This document shows, one piece after another, positions 62,965 to 64,000 of a stretch of 64,000 bases of DNA (its first letter is position 1; the number at the start of each line of letters is the position of its first letter). A model generated the notes under the pieces. That model saw nothing but the letters and a program-made list of their open reading frames with translations, did no database searches and was not told where the DNA came from. The DNA comes from Selaginella moellendorffii. Taxonomy: Eukaryota > Plantae > Lycopodiophyta. Location of the stretch: positions 471,114 to 535,113 of the forward strand of contig NW_003314263.1 of NCBI RefSeq assembly GCF_000143415.4. Direction: 5' to 3'. The translations under genes were made by a program, and so were the position numbers.

Positions 62965-64000
62965 TTAGTTTAAATGCTTGGAGGAGAAACGTTTAGGGGA
63001 AGGGGAAATATCTACCTCTGAGCTTGACAACCACTTATGGGAAAGCATTTTCTCAGCAGTAGAGCCATGGCTCTTGAGCGCTTGCACAAATCCTTTGCAC
63101 TCCGGCTGCACCTTGAGCTTGAGCTTCTCGATAACCTCACCAAGCTGATGGAGATCAGAAGTCTTGGTGTACTTCCCATTCACCAAGGTTGTCGGTGTAT
63201 AGCCCGTAAGCAATACCTTCATCTTAGTGCCAGCTTTGGAAACAAGCTCTAAGTCAATAAGCACGTAGCACGCCCTGTCAGGAGACCAGATCATGTTGTC
63301 CAGTCTGACGTCTCGATGAACCAGCTCCAGCTTGTGCAGAGCAGCCAGAGCACTAAGCATGTCCTGCGCAAGGGTCATGCAGTCCTCCGATGTAACCTTA
63401 AACCGTGCCGGGATTCCCAATGGCTGGGTTCGGACCATGTACACCCCCTTTGAAGAAACTGTTGGCATCACCGCAGCAGAAATGAGCTGCTGAACACCGG
63501 CATTGTATGCCCTTTCGATGTGTGATTTAGTAGTTCCATACTTTTTTTTGTAATCTGCCCACTTGTTGATGCTCTTTACGCATCCCTTGCCATCAAGCTG
63601 GATAGTGGACAAGTCCCTCTCGTGTTTTTTGAAGAGCGGCAGCATTCTGAGAAAGAAAAACCAAGAATGAAAAGGTTGACATAAAAAGAAACAGAAACGA
63701 CATACCCGCTAGGTACCATGTCCTTGCAGATGCTTAAGGACAGGAAGTAGAGCTTGAAGTAAAGTAGAACAAGCTTGACACGGTCGTCAATAAGGTTCAA
63801 GTTGTACGCAGGGCTTAGTGGCTCCACCTCAAGACCTGAAGCGCTTTTGACAAAAAGTTGCCATGTCATGCCACCAACAGCAAACGCGAGCACAATCTTG
63901 ATGTTCCCGAGCGCCCAGCTCGGCACTTTGTTGAGCTTGGACGAGATCTCGTTCACAGCCACCACGAAATCGTCGTCATCTGCTTTACCCTCCCCCAACA
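62965..64000 (-). CDS. Crinkler-like restriction-endonuclease-fold + atypical kinase, 5'-truncated by the window edge; intron 63647-63705
   Basis: GEGKA...AVNEISSKL..W..AFAVGG nuclease-like part; a 59-nt GT-AG intron joins it in frame to PLG..LSALAALHKLELVHRDVRLDNMI..YVLIDLE..SDLHQLG. Confidence 0.75.

Overview
Gene-dense plant nuclear DNA with many ~50-60 nt GT-AG introns and PLS-type PPR genes, most consistent with the lycophyte Selaginella (inferred, not database-confirmed). Recognisable genes in order: a frameshifted membrane-protein gene, RGI-type LRR receptor kinase, AP2 'soloist' factor, PPR, tRNA-Gly(CCC), MscS-like channel, a retrotransposon-ORF-like gene, RanBP1, three laccases with a second PPR between them, glutaminyl-tRNA synthetase, CHUP1, aldo-keto reductase, an unknown repeat protein, beta-tubulin, kinesin-14, RPL27a, mitochondrial ATP synthase 6 kDa subunit (absent from the ORF track) and an F-box/kelch gene. 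Most unusual: (1) two intron-containing Crinkler-like restriction-endonuclease-fold + atypical-kinase genes, each followed directly by scrambled fragments of a host gene (CHUP1; Ku70 with an internal inversion); (2) a near-perfect hairpin built on an inverted duplication of the neighbouring gene's 5' end (candidate young MIRNA); (3) a 35-bp exonic tandem duplication that creates an exact GT-AG unit (candidate intron gain); (4) a decayed 18S rRNA fragment. All family calls come from motif recognition by eye; no searches were run.
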